Assembly (NCBI GenBank): GCA_008632985.1
Contig: QPGO01000203.1
Location: forward strand, 62,001 to 126,000
Reading direction: 5' to 3'
Length of the DNA: 64,000 nt
From: Psammoneis japonica
Lineage: Eukaryota
A program made the translations under genes and the position numbers. Below the pieces are notes generated by a model that did no database searches, had not been told where the DNA came from, and saw only the letters and a program-made list of their open reading frames with translations. Positions 10,859-22,799 of this stretch are shown one piece after another (the first letter of the stretch is position 1; each line of letters starts with the position of its first letter).

Positions 10859-12586
10859 ATGAACGTCCTTACCTTCCTCTTGTTGATGATTGCACTTTAC
10901 ACGGCAGCAGCAACTGCACCCCCTGAATCATTCCCAGTCTGTGTTGGCGTCCGAGGAAATGCGCAGAATCTATGGGTGCACTTTGGTGCTTTAGCTCGCA
11001 TCGTTGAATCGCTTGGACCCATTGACGCAATGTCAGGAGGCTCGTCAGGGACCATCACGACACTTCTAACAGAAAGTATCCAATCGAATCCACTCATTGC
11101 TAATCTCAGTGATCAAGAAAAAGTTCCTCGCATCTCCTTCTTGCTGAAATCGGTTGAAGCCTTCATCGACGTGGACGCCAGAGACATTTTGGAACCATTT
11201 CGGTCGCTTAGTGGTTTGCTGCTTGAAATAAGACAGTCTGGAATCCTTGATCGACTCAGATCAGATGATGATGGCGTTGCTGAATCCGCGGTGGAGGACT
11301 TTCTAGATTTACTTCGAGATTTTGAGAAACGGCCCGGCACGCTTCTGAGCATCGTTCCAAGCATCATAAACCCCTCTGTATTTGCGACGATTCAAAATTC
11401 AACAACTCCAAAAGCACATATTTTGGATATTGTAGAGAATACTGGATTCAGCTTTAACTTGACGTCGCCTGCGGCATTGGTTAGACCCGCGCTGCCCAAC
11501 TGGCAATTTCTTGGCTCCATCGTCGATCTTGCCGCTAGTTTCTACAGTGGATATGAACCGGTCGATCTTGAGGAGATGGAAGTTTTGCTGTCACAATGTG
11601 CAGCCGCTTCGCTCGGAAAAGAGTGGCCGGAAATCAAAGATATCGAATTCAATGTCAACGACACTGTTTTTTATACAACAACAACTTGTGGCGAATACAT
11701 GGAGACCATGTTGGAAGCCTTTCTCAATCTCAAGATTGTTCCTGGAAACCCTTATCCACGCCGGGTCAACGAGCTGGTTGGGTCGGAACACTTGTACAGT
11801 ATTGCTCAGTCGTCTGGTATGAGTGGGGATGGTGTCGCCGTATTTCAAAGAGCCTGGGATGAGTATCTCAATGGTGACTTTAATGGCACATTCTTGGCCG
11901 ACAACATTGACTTCTCGTTTGTCTACTTTGCCTATTGGGGTGAACCAAGCCTCCTGGAACGTATCGGTGAAAACATTGCAAAGTTTTCTGACCTCAAATC
12001 TCAAAAGTTTCGTAACTTGGGTGATGAGACCTGGAATTATGTGCTCGGCCGATCTCCTGCGGAACCAGGAGCTTCTGCTGCAGTCGAATCAGGTCCGGAT
12101 TTTTTGACGACTGGTGGCTGGGCTGATTTAGTACCTGGACAAATATTAGAATCGGCCGGGTGTGAAACAGTAATATTGATTCAGCGTCAAGGAGGAGCTG
12201 GGTCATTTCAGCTACAGGTAGCAAGTATCCTCGGTGCCACCGACGATGAGATTGCAGCTCTCTTTGACTTGGATGAGCCAAACAGTGGTTGGAATGTAGC
12301 CCTCACCACCGCAGATGCCTCTCTTTGCTATGAGGAGAGCTCAGATAGTGTCCGTGGCTTGTTGTCGGAGGGTTGGAATGCACCACTTGTTACTACTGAC
12401 GAAGCGTTGCGTTCGATGTTTCCGGAGGAACTACCAGAAGCTGAGTTGCCAGGGTGCACTCCTCTGATAGACACTAGCACAAACGTTCCGAGGGGGAATC
12501 CTGAAGAATCCTCCGAAGCGCAATCCATGGCCGTGGTTTCCTACTGGCTTCTGCTAGCAGCCCTCCTTCTTCATTTAGCCAAGTGA
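10859..12586 (+). CDS. Secreted, probably GPI-anchored protein with patatin-like GxSxG motif
   Basis: ATG at 10859 starts the signal peptide MNVLTFLLLMIALYTAAA. Motifs CVGVRGN, AMSGGSSG and TGGWAD are present, plus a C-terminal SS...hydrophobic tail. No introns. Confidence 0.75.
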   Translation: MNVLTFLLLMIALYTAAATAPPESFPVCVGVRGNAQNLWVHFGALARIVESLGPIDAMSGGSSGTITTLLTESIQSNPLIANLSDQEKVPRISFLLKSVEAFIDVDARDILEPFRSLSGLLLEIRQSGILDRLRSDDDGVAESAVEDFLDLLRDFEKRPGTLLSIVPSIINPSVFATIQNSTTPKAHILDIVENTGFSFNLTSPAALVRPALPNWQFLGSIVDLAASFYSGYEPVDLEEMEVLLSQCAAASLGKEWPEIKDIEFNVNDTVFYTTTTCGEYMETMLEAFLNLKIVPGNPYPRRVNELVGSEHLYSIAQSSGMSGDGVAVFQRAWDEYLNGDFNGTFLADNIDFSFVYFAYWGEPSLLERIGENIAKFSDLKSQKFRNLGDETWNYVLGRSPAEPGASAAVESGPDFLTTGGWADLVPGQILESAGCETVILIQRQGGAGSFQLQVASILGATDDEIAALFDLDEPNSGWNVALTTADASLCYEESSDSVRGLLSEGWNAPLVTTDEALRSMFPEELPEAELPGCTPLIDTSTNVPRGNPEESSEAQSMAVVSYWLLLAALLLHLAK

Positions 12587-14181
12587 GTTCTACGTATTAC
12601 GGCAGGAATATTTGTTTTGTGTTTTCGTACTATCAAGGACAAAGGCCAAGGTTAGAAGTACTTGGGGGCTGCAATCGGCGGGACAATTGGCGCCTTACTT
12701 CTAGTAATTTCTACATTTTAACAATCCAGCGGAGAGCTCCAGTTGCAGGACTCCAGCGTAAAACACATCTTTCACTTAACAGATACTCAATACATTTACT
12801 GAATTGAACAATTCTCACCTTATTTTGTCGTCTCCATCGTCACAGGCGCTATCTTCCAACACCGGCTGGAACCATTCGTCACTTGCCTGAGAGGAGAAGC
12901 GAGCAAGATCTTGCTCGGCGGGAAGACGCGGTGCGCTTCAATTCGACCCGTCGGAGAACCCAGCGACAAACCAACTGCTTCGAATTAGAATAGCGCAGAA
13001 GCTATTCGGCGCCTCCTTCACCTAAATCCAACGCCTCGTCCCAGCTTTATATTCCAGCCCCTTTGCTGTTTTCGATTCATTTCATTGTTGCCCCAAAGGG
13101 AGGACTTGGCTGTGCCAATGGTATAAGCCGGGACGGCTCCCAAGTCTTTCTTTAGAGCAACAGCGACTCCTTCACTTTCAAAGTACTGCCAAAGACCGGT
13201 TGCTCCGACAGGTTGTACCGACAAGGCCTTGAGGTAAACCGTCGTTGTTGCGCCGTAGTCATAATAATATGTGCACTGGACTATACATGCCCACGAAGAA
13301 AAAGCTGTCGAATGAGTTTTGCCTCTGACGAGACCTTTTCGTAATCGTCATACATTCCGTGCTGCTTTTGAAGCGTTTGTGTAAATGATGGGAGGGCATA
13401 ACGAGGATGATTCCGTCTGCCTCGTCCTGGAACACTTCATCAATCTTATTCTTCTTTGGCGCCACAGTGGCCTGCTCTATACGAATCTTTGAGCCCCACT
13501 AGTGATCGTCAATTCTGTAATCACCGCATTCTCCATGCTTCTGAAGAGCCGTCTCGCACCCTTTGTGCATCACTACTTGATGAAAGGATTTGCTCATCCG
13601 CTCCCAGAGCGGTTGGCATTTCTTCCATCTCTCTTGAGGACTAGCGATGACACCAAAACCGCCATTCAATCCTGGCGCTTTTAGTGAGCCGTCTCGCACA
13701 TTTTGTGCGCCACTGATGGAAAGGAATGCTGAGAAGTCGCCACGATTTGATCATCCTCCAGGAACTCCCAGCTCGGTGATACTAAACCGCCATTCCGCAA
13801 TCAATTACTAGTACAGTGCTTCAGTCTTAACGGTACATTATGGTAGCTTGCTGCTCTTGTTGGCTACCTCTTCATGTTGCTTGAAATTATTCATATTTTT
13901 TTCCATTTTGTTGCTGTTTTCGTCATTGCTTTGCGATCCAGATCAACGCTCGAATGCAATCGAATAAATCAAAACTACCGCCATCGTTTCTCCGTCTCCC
14001 GTTCGGTGCACGTCTCGCCAACGCCAACGTAGAAAGTGTACTGAATTCTACGCAGAAACGCGAGATCGACAGGGGACTCGCGAGAACCGCACAAAAAGCA
14101 GCAACGCTCTCAAACAAAGACGACACGACGCAATAGCGAACGGCAAGAGACGTCAAAAACACAAAAAGAGTTTCAGACACC

Positions 14182-15705
14182 ATGGCATCAGAAGGCGCAA
14201 GCGATAGCGCTCCGGCTCCCCCAATGGAAAGGAAGCAGCCTCATTTGATGGCTCAAGATGCAAAGACAGTTGATCCCTCCAAACTCACGGCACTTTCTCC
14301 GGAAGTGGTATGTTTGACGACAGACAGACTCTTGTGAGGCTCGTAATTTCGCTCCAAAAAATGTGCTCACATTTTTCGCTCCGTCTTTTTGTTCTTACAG
14401 ATTTCTCGTCAAGCAACCATCAATGTCGGTACGATTGGTCATGTCGCACACGGTAAATCGACAGTAGTAAAGGCGATCTCGGGCGTTCAGACGGTCCGAT
14501 TCAAGAACGAATTGGAACGTAACATTACCATCAAATTGGGGTATGCCAATGCCAAGATTTACAAAGGCGACGCCAAAGATGACGACGGCGGCCATTACAC
14601 ATCCCGTGGATCCTCCCATGCAGATGTCTTTGAGCATAACGGTATTACTTACAGACTACGTCGCCATGTTAGTTTCGTTGATTGCCCCGGACACGATATT
14701 TTAATGGCAACCATGTTGAACGGTGCTGCCGTGATGGACGCAGCTCTCTTGTTGGTGGCGGGAAACGAAACTTGTCCTCAACCGCAAACCTCTGAGCATT
14801 TGGCGGCTGTTGAGATTATGAGGCTGCAAAACATTCTGATTCTTCAAAACAAGGTGGATTTGGTGAAACCGGATGCCGCCCTGGCTCAGCAGGAACAGAT
14901 CCGGCGCTTTGTGGCGGGGACAGTTGCGGATTCCGCACCGATAGTTCCCATATCCGCAGTGTTGAAGCACAATATTGATTGTGTCTGTGAATATTTGGTT
15001 CGGAAAATACCTTTGCCCCCGAGAGACTTTACCAGTGTCCCCCGACTCATTGTCATTCGATCCTTTGATGTGAATCGTCCCGGACAAGATGTGCGCGACT
15101 TGCAAGGTGGTGTTGCAGGAGGGTCGATTCTACAAGGCGTTTTGAGAGTGGGTGATGAAATCGAAGTGAGGCCCGGTATTGTTACCAATAAGGAAGACTC
15201 CGACGGAAACAAGATTATGGTTTGCTCTCCCATTTACTCTCGAATCTCGTCGTTGTACGCTGAATCGAATGATTTGCAATTTGCCGTTCCCGGTGGATTG
15301 ATTGGTGTGGGTACACGGATTGATCCTACACTCACTCGTGCTGATCGTTTGGTGGGGCAAGTGCTGGGTCTTAAGGGACAACTTCCACATGTTTTTGCTG
15401 AAATCGAAATATCATACTATCTCTTGCGAAGGTTGTTGGGAGTCAAGACATCGGACGGCGGAAAGCAGGCCAAGGTTCAGAAATTGACCAAGAATGAAAT
15501 GCTCATGGTCAATGTCGGATCGACAGCCACGGGAGGCCGAGTCCAAGCTGTCAAGGCTGATTTGGCCAAGATTGCTCTCACTACCGCGGTTTGTACCCAA
15601 GAAGGCGAGAAGATTGCACTTAGTCGACGTGTTGATAAGCACTGGCGGCTTATTGGTTGGGGTCAGATCCGGAAGGGTACTAAGCTTGACGTAATTGAAT
15701 CGTAA
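14182..15705 (+). CDS. EIF2S3: Eukaryotic translation initiation factor 2 gamma subunit
   Basis: Exon 14182-14307, intron 14308-14400 (GTATGT...TACAG), exon 14401-15705. Motifs [30 protein letters not shown] and [11 protein letters not shown]. Confidence 0.98.
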
Positions 15706-15974
15706 CCAGATACAGAACTGGATGGCTAAACTAAGGTACTGTACGGATAAGCCGACGACTAATACATGTATTTGAAACAGTATAAGTGTATCTTGCGTTT
15801 GTTTCAGTTGTCAAAACTCCACCGGTAACGATAGTAAGTTGGCACCGATCCAGCTCCGGATCGCTGGATGGCTCCTTGAAAAGTACCGGCGGGCACGAGT
15901 CAAAAGTTATCAGCCATAAAGTACAAGCGTCTTACATCCACGTAAAATACGACTGTAAGTACAATCACAAATAC

Positions 15975-17093
15975 TCATGACGTGAAGTGTATTTCTGGAC
16001 GTTCCTTCTTGAGCACCGCCACGTCTTCCGCAGACACGTCACTCCGAAACCAATGCAGTTTCTTTGAAGCTCGGACAAACTACATAATATTTTCAGCAGG
16101 CACAACCCTTGCGCAACGTTGACTGTACAATTTGTAGGTTGGATTCTTCAAGCTCACCCTTGTCAAGTTGGAACGGCAATGCTTGAAAAGACACAGACCA
16201 TTGATGCTTGTCGCCGGGGCGTACATGCACGCATTGTCAATATAAAGCTCTTTTAGTTGAGAGCAGTGCTCTAGGTGATACCCAGAAAAGTTAAAGCCCA
16301 CGGCGCCATTCCATTCAAAGACTTGCAGACTTTTGCCGTGGCGAATGGAAAAGTGAAAGGCTACTTCGTAATCAACTTTCGCGAAATTCAGGTTGATTTC
16401 AACGAGATTCGTAAACATCACGGATAGGATCTGGGGGACGCAACTGTGAACAGTCCTTTCGGAAATTGGAGAGTGATCATTCGGAAAGGAGAGGTCTAAA
16501 CTTGTGACACTCCCAAGACCGCCGTTCTTGTTCGGGGGAAGTAGTTTCTTGACGTTACTTATGGCGATCTTTTCCAATTTGTCGTGTCCCGAAATCTTTA
16601 GCCTGTTGCGTGGAGAAGCAAATACGCCTCTTTCATGGCAATCTAAGATGCGTTGAAGGACACGCGCGACACTGGATTTGTTGGTGCACACAATTTCACA
16701 TTTCCGAGTCTGGGAGAGCACTGGATTGCGGCTGTCATCACGACACCGCCTCGAGACCAGAGCAAAGCTGTCGTGAAGAAAATGCGAATCGAGATGCTGA
16801 AGGATGACGATTCGGCAATCTTCAGGCAGCACGCTCAGAGGACAATCGCTGCGAAAGAACGACACTTCATCTTGTTTCTTTGTGACGACACAACGCTCCT
16901 CCTCCACATTCTCGGAGGGGGTGGCACGCCGCTTATGTCGTCTGCTTCTCCTCGGGGCAGCTATAGAAATTTCCTTTGCGACAGTCATATGAACCTTTTG
17001 ACCGTTCTCGACTCTGCGTCGTTTGCTGCGGCTGCTGCCTTCTTCTTCAGCGGGGTCGCTGTCACAAAAGGAATCGAGTGACTCTGTCGACAT
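15975..17093 (-). CDS. F-box/LRR-like protein with an in-frame TAG 35 codons before the apparent natural end
   Basis: F-box-like LSVLPEDCRIVILQHL...FALVSRRC and LRR-like units. After TAG (16082-16080) the same frame continues FVRASKKLHWFRSDVSAEDVAVLKKERPEIHFTS-TGA. Confidence 0.7.
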
Positions 17094-17251
17094 GGCTACT
17101 TGCTCGTCGTTGTTCTAGTATGAGAGGTCCTGACACTACATATGAATATCGCTTTGACGGTCAGTTTTCGTGTGTCATTGTTGATGGCCGATCTCAGATG
17201 TCTCATGACTCATGATTGATTGTGAGTCTTGAGTCCATGTGAAATTGAAGC

Positions 17252-17285
17252 TGACGTCCTCGTGACGTCGAATGCCGGGTGACGT
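17252..17285. promoter_or_regulatory. Three TGACGT (bZIP/aureochrome-type) motifs in a divergent promoter
   Basis: TGACGT at 17252, 17263 and 17280, between the ATGs at 17093(-) and 17383(+). Confidence 0.45.
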
Positions 17286-17382
17286 GGCTTCACTTTTTTC
17301 TCACTTGAATTGAAAGCAGAAGATGACCATGCTCTTCAACACCGCTGCGTGAGAAAAGATCTGTGCCCACGTTGATCGAAAC

Positions 17383-18267
17383 ATGAGGAAACAAACCACG
17401 CGTGCAATACACTTGTGCTTTAGTTTGTGCTTGGTTCCATGCTGTGTTTCTGGATTTGTTGTTCGTAAAGATGCTTCGTCGTCGTCGGTGTCGCCCGTCT
17501 ATGGCATGTTTGACACGTTCAAAGAAGCCTTTGAAAACGACTCAACGCTAAGTTCAGACAAGTCAACAGGTCAACTAGAAGGACCTGGTACCGATAGAGC
17601 TTCCTCCTACGCTCCCGCCCGAACCCTTACAACTACGCAACTCAATTGGCAAAAAGCGAATCCGAGGCGCGGAGCACCCATTCGACCGGAATCCCTGGAA
17701 GGCACAAGTTGGGATTTAGACCTGTTCTTGGCAGGTGTACCGAGTAAAGATCCGTCGAATGATTTGTATGGAAGCAAGACGAACATTTCGAGTCGAGACA
17801 GGAGCTCAGGCTTGGATATTCCATCTGAACCATCGGTAACTGTGAGAATTCAGCTCTTGCCCGGAGGTGTCTGCAAGGCATCAAAAACTGCTTTTACTGA
17901 AGGAGAGTTGGATGGACAATGGAAATTGTCGGATAATGGTGAAGAACTGCGTTTCTCAATTGATGTTATGGGATACACCAGAACAGTTCAAACCAAGGGA
18001 AGCATAACAAAAGTGTACTGGAGCAAAGAAGACGAAGTTTCACGACAAACAAGTTCCTCGTACAACATTCCTCCGGGTTGGATATACGGGGATGTAGCTG
18101 TGGAGTATGGCGTTAGACCAGGATCCGTGCGCATGCATAGTGGAACGGATGGCGGTGTGCTTCGAGTTGAGCAAAGCATGGGTTTGCTAGGAGCCGCCAC
18201 CAAGCTAGTCCCCTGTGGAAAGTTCTCGGCTCGACCAGTGGAAACCAACGGCGACCAAAGCGTGTGA
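17383..18267 (+). CDS. Unknown, probably plastid-targeted protein
   Basis: 294-aa ORF. The signal peptide ends CVSG|FVV and is followed by a Ser-rich transit-like segment. Confidence 0.8.
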   Translation: MRKQTTRAIHLCFSLCLVPCCVSGFVVRKDASSSSVSPVYGMFDTFKEAFENDSTLSSDKSTGQLEGPGTDRASSYAPARTLTTTQLNWQKANPRRGAPIRPESLEGTSWDLDLFLAGVPSKDPSNDLYGSKTNISSRDRSSGLDIPSEPSVTVRIQLLPGGVCKASKTAFTEGELDGQWKLSDNGEELRFSIDVMGYTRTVQTKGSITKVYWSKEDEVSRQTSSSYNIPPGWIYGDVAVEYGVRPGSVRMHSGTDGGVLRVEQSMGLLGAATKLVPCGKFSARPVETNGDQSV

Positions 18268-18672
18268 AATGGCTACTCTCTAGTACCTTGCGGTAGCTAG
18301 TAGACGTGTCTTCGCAACGATAGAAATTGATGTACGACAAGCAAGTAGATGCTTATCGTGCCCTGTCGCGTAGACTATGAATAGAAGTTATGAATATTCC
18401 TTTATATGTAGTATGAATCCCATTCTCCCGAATAGAGACTAAAGCGCCGGAGCCACATATTATGGTCTTAGCCCATATTGTCCACCTCCCGTCGGACCAT
18501 GATGTTTGGCTGACTGAAGAGCAAGTCACTACGTTCTTCATGTCAAACGGCATTTTATCTCCCTGGAGAATGGCTCTCCGTGCAATTGAAATCTATGTCG
18601 AAACCATGCGAAGGAGCCGAGCGGCGCTCTCAAGCCCTTGAATTACTACTCTAGAAACGCTGACGGTCCTTC

Positions 18673-21168
18673 TCATCTGACAAATATGTCACGCTTTTCT
18701 TTCTTTCTCTGGGCCACATATCCTGGATCGTTCGTCATTGCCCAAAAGAAATGATGACGCCTCTCCTCCACCCACCAGTTTTTGTTGCTCCCTCTCAGGT
18801 TGGCGCCGTTTGTAGTTGTCTTTGAATATCTGTCTCTCCAATTTGGGTTGATTCTGTCCTTTACCGACACCGGTTTCATGGGGGGTTCCGAAGGGGGTCC
18901 CGTGGCTGATGTGGATGCGTCATATTGGCTACTAGGTGTTGTTCTCGGCCGCGAATGATGCCGTCTCGGATCACGATTCTTGTAATTCCTCCAGTAGTCC
19001 ATTCGGTCGTTGTAGTGGCTGCGGCCTTTTCCATGGCTCGTTTTATGACCTGACCAAGTGCGCCAGTGATAATTGCTCCACCTACCGTGCTTCCCCTTGT
19101 GCCAATTGTAGTGATTCCAACCCTTCCCTCTGCCCTTTCCTTTGCCGCGGCCTCTTCCATACTTGGGACAAGAATACACCCATTTGTACCAACGTATTTT
19201 ATTTCTCCAATAGACAGGTTGCAGGCGGTAGCCGCAACCCTCACGTTTTTGTTGACCGGCGGGTTTTGGCGTAGGTTTGTTAGTGCATCTAAAGGAAGTT
19301 GGTCTCCTTGTCGGCGTCCGAGATGGAAATAACGGATATAGTGTCGGCTCTTCAGTCGGTGACTCCACTATCGGCTCATCTGTGGTTGGCGACTTTTCTG
19401 CTGGGGTTGGTTTCGCGGACGGCTCAACAGTCGGTGGCGCTGTTGATTCTTCAGAGGGCGCCATCGTTGCATCGATTGGTGTGGGTTCTGATGTCGGTTG
19501 CTCTGCCGTTGTTGATTCTTCAGAGGGCGCCATCGTTGCATCGATTGGTGTGGGTTCTGCTGTCGGTTGCTCTGTCGTTGTTGATTCTGCAGTGGGCCCC
19601 ATCGTTGCTTCGTTGGGTGTGGGTTCTGCTGTCGGCTCCGTCGTCGCCTCTCCAGAACGACTCGGTGCCAATGTCGTTTCCTCTGTGGGTATCGTTGTTG
19701 ATTCTGCAGTGGGCCCCACCGTTGCTTCGATTGGTGTGGGTTCTGATGTTGGCTCCGTCGTCGCCCCTTCCATTGTGGGGGTTCCTGTCGGAATTGGCGT
19801 TGTTGAAGATACCGTAGGATTTTCGGTAACCCCAGATGCATTGGGTGATTCTGTAGGACTTTCGGTAACCTCGGTGGTTTGCTTCTCGGTTGGAAATGGT
19901 GTTTGTTCCGGGGTAGGTTCTGGGGTTGGTGCCGGAGTGACCTCAGTGGTTTGCTTCTCGGTTGGAAATGGTGTTTGTTCCGGGGTAGGTTCTGGGGTTG
20001 GTGCCGGAGTGACCTCGGTGGTTTGCTTCTCGGTCGGAAATGGTGTTGGTTCCGGGGTAGGTTCTGGAGTTGGTGCAGGAGTGACCTCAGTGGTTTGCTT
20101 CTCGGTCGGAAATGGTGTTGGTTCCGGTGTTGGTGCCGGAGTGATTAGCGGTGTCGGCGGGGGAGTTTCTTCGCGCGTTGGAGAAGAAGTTGAGCCTCGG
20201 ACTGGGTTTGTCGGCTCCGATGTCGGTGCAAGGGTTGAAGATATAGTGGGTGAAGGAGTTTCCTCTGGTGATGGCGGCGGTGTTGGGGATATCGTTGGAC
20301 TCGGCGTGGGCTCAGGAGTTGGAAGGGGCGTCGGGGGCGGCGTTGCAGCTATTGTCGGAGAAGGAGTAGCTAATGTTGGTGGAGGTGTTGGGGGTATTGT
20401 TGGTTCTGGCGTGGGTGGAGGAGTTGGAGGCTCTGTGGGAGATGGTGTCGACAAAGTAGGTTCAGGTGTCGGCGGCGCAGTTGGAGGTGGAGTCTGCTGT
20501 GGTGTTGGAGTTCTGGTTTCACTACAGCATTCTCCTATTCTCCCGAACTCCTTCACCTGGTCACAGGTGAATCCGCTATTGTCTCTGTTGCCATTGAACT
20601 CTAACTCACCGCAGTCAGTAGCAACTTCATCGCCGTCTACCCTCAACACTACCATTTTTTGTGTATTCGGGACGACTTGACCCCCTGGTTCGTCACATAT
20701 ACGGCAGGATCCCGGAACAGTTCTGGTGTTTGCACATCCACAATATATCCCGATTGTATTGTGTATAGCATCGCATGTTTGGGACGTGGTAGCGACATCA
20801 CTGTAGCCAATTCCTCCCCATTCGATACAGCGACGCTCGAACGTGACAAGTCTCAGCAAATCAGGCACGTTACTTCCGTCTTCGCATAAGTCACAGAATT
20901 CCTTTTCTGGAGTACACCCGCAAACTTTTACCCCTGCGTAAAATGCAGATTTGCATTCCGACTCTGTAAGCCCCCCTCTCCCAATGAGTTCTTGATATTG
21001 ACTGCACGTCAAGGTGTCGCCGGGGAAAAGTAGAACGTCATTGAACGCAGGGTCGATAAGAGTACCGTCAGGGCATAGCGTTGAACATTGGCCGTTCACA
21101 GCAGTACGGAAAAGACTTGATATAGAAACCAAAAAGAATATGTTCGCCTCGAAGCGCCGCAATCCCAT
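18673..21168 (-). CDS. Secreted mucin-like protein: Cys-rich N-terminal domains, Pro/Thr/Glu repeats, basic aromatic tail
   Basis: ATG at 21168 (MGLRRFEANIFFLVSISSL...), CxxCxDG and CGC modules, TPEPT/PTEKQTTEVTPAP repeats, and a C-terminal G/K/R/W/Y/H-rich region. Confidence 0.85.
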   Translation of the reverse strand: MGLRRFEANIFFLVSISSLFRTAVNGQCSTLCPDGTLIDPAFNDVLLFPGDTLTCSQYQELIGRGGLTESECKSAFYAGVKVCGCTPEKEFCDLCEDGSNVPDLLRLVTFERRCIEWGGIGYSDVATTSQTCDAIHNTIGIYCGCANTRTVPGSCRICDEPGGQVVPNTQKMVVLRVDGDEVATDCGELEFNGNRDNSGFTCDQVKEFGRIGECCSETRTPTPQQTPPPTAPPTPEPTLSTPSPTEPPTPPPTPEPTIPPTPPPTLATPSPTIAATPPPTPLPTPEPTPSPTISPTPPPSPEETPSPTISSTLAPTSEPTNPVRGSTSSPTREETPPPTPLITPAPTPEPTPFPTEKQTTEVTPAPTPEPTPEPTPFPTEKQTTEVTPAPTPEPTPEQTPFPTEKQTTEVTPAPTPEPTPEQTPFPTEKQTTEVTESPTESPNASGVTENPTVSSTTPIPTGTPTMEGATTEPTSEPTPIEATVGPTAESTTIPTEETTLAPSRSGEATTEPTAEPTPNEATMGPTAESTTTEQPTAEPTPIDATMAPSEESTTAEQPTSEPTPIDATMAPSEESTAPPTVEPSAKPTPAEKSPTTDEPIVESPTEEPTLYPLFPSRTPTRRPTSFRCTNKPTPKPAGQQKREGCGYRLQPVYWRNKIRWYKWVYSCPKYGRGRGKGKGRGKGWNHYNWHKGKHGRWSNYHWRTWSGHKTSHGKGRSHYNDRMDYWRNYKNRDPRRHHSRPRTTPSSQYDASTSATGPPSEPPMKPVSVKDRINPNWRDRYSKTTTNGANLRGSNKNWWVEERRHHFFWAMTNDPGYVAQRKKEKRDIFVR

Positions 21169-21720
21169 CTTGACACCCCGTTGTTGACAGCAATGTTCTT
21201 GCAAAATCGAATTTTGGAAGAGATATGGAAGGGTAAACAGCTTGAAAAATGATTCCCTGCATCGCGCATAACATAACAGAGGCAATCTGGAATCCTGCGA
21301 AAAAGAGGCAGGCTGTGCACGACTTAACAGGTCATTCTTCAAAGTATTTATTGGGCGTTTATTTAACCGAAGTCATAAGTGTACATAGGGGCGGACAGGT
21401 GAGATCATGAAAAAGGTCACACGTGACATCATCCGTTCCGCGTTGTGCCTCATCATCACATCTTGAATCTCTGTTTCAAACATCGCTCTCTCCACTCTCC
21501 AGAGAGAGTAGCTCTCTCTCTACTCTCTACCTAGATTCGAAAGTAGGTACAGTACGTGTGTAGTACGCTCTACTAGAGAGAGCTGAGTCACGGAGAAAGG
21601 AGAAGAAGAATAGTCTTCGGTCTCAAGTCATCCAATGGCGTCTCACATGACCACCCAAAACACGAGGATCCTGGTTACCGACGCGAGTTTTCGCTCCAAC
21701 TTGAGAAAGAATTCCACATT

Positions 21721-22578
21721 CTATTGATTGTGCTTGCCGTCGACGTTCTCCTTGGCGAATCGGATCAACTCCTCAGCAACTTGCGCTCGAATGCCGCCAT
21801 CAATCAACATTGCGCAGAGCAGCGTGGAGGTGGCTGCGAACGATTCAAGGGTCATGTCCAACACTGCCATATCCTCCAACGACTGGATTTCTGTATCCGT
21901 AAGAGAGCAGAATAGCTCGTGGCTCCGTATCAAATCTCGAACGATAAAGCATGAGTCACTATTATTGGATGCTTCAGCCATGGATGGTGGTACGGATGGC
22001 GGCGTTTCGTCCCCCACTGCTAACCTTACTTGTTGTCATGTGAGACGTGGCCTGTAAGTCTCCATTCTCACTCAAAACGGGATCATCGACTGGAAACATT
22101 ATATCGGTTCGCAAGATGTACTTTTTTTTCCAAACTTGAGTGGTATGCTGGCGTGATACAGATCGTGTTCAAAGACAACCACTCTCCAGTTTGAGGCGTA
22201 ACCATTGTGCAGCAAGAAGACTGATTGTTCCTTGATCCGCACTTCCCGCCGATGCATGCTGATGACGATGTAGTAGTCGACACGTGATGGTTCAAGTATT
22301 GCGTCTCGCCACCATCAAAATTGACTCCGTTTCCATCATTAAGATAAAGCAACACCGTCAAGAGAGACTGCGTCTTGTTGGGTAGGAATGTAGTTGCATC
22401 AAAATGTGGCTCAAATCGATCGTCCTTGTCCGCATCATACTTTAGTAAACAGAACTTTGGATTCAGACCACAAGGCTTCTTTCCAAATCGTTTCGTCAGA
22501 ACAGCATCCAGATGCTCGAGATTCTTGAGTTTCTGCCACAGCAAATTGAGCATGGATGGGTTATAAAAGACTGCCAAT
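21721..22578 (-). pseudogene. 2OG-Fe(II) oxygenase (prolyl-4-hydroxylase-like) copy 1, 5'-truncated and frameshifted
   Basis: Near-identical to 26672-27520. FEPHFDATT...LLYLNDG...GGET is retained. Indels lie near 22185, 22125 and 22040, and homology ends at about 22578. Confidence 0.9.
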
Positions 22579-22799
22579 TATTACATCTCGCAGTGGAGTC
22601 TCTGCTCTCTACTCGCTGCAACAAATAGTGAGTCCATTTCCATGAGGAGCTGGATACAGCCCATGGTACAAACTTAGAGACAACGGCACCAGCGCCATTG
22701 TCGAGAATCAATCATTAGATTTTGATGCGCTCTGTAGGTTCCACGTAGAAGTAATACTATACATCTCTCCCCAGCGTTTGAATTAAAATTTTTGACCCG

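Noticed and set aside
12840..13770. Minus-strand gene pieces and a short local duplication (GAGCCGTCTCGCAC at about 13546 and 13686)
   Set aside because: No recognisable domain or consistent splice model.
19277..20680. 467-aa Gly/Val-rich plus-strand ORF
   Set aside because: It is the antisense shadow of the Pro/Thr repeats of the minus-strand mucin-like gene.
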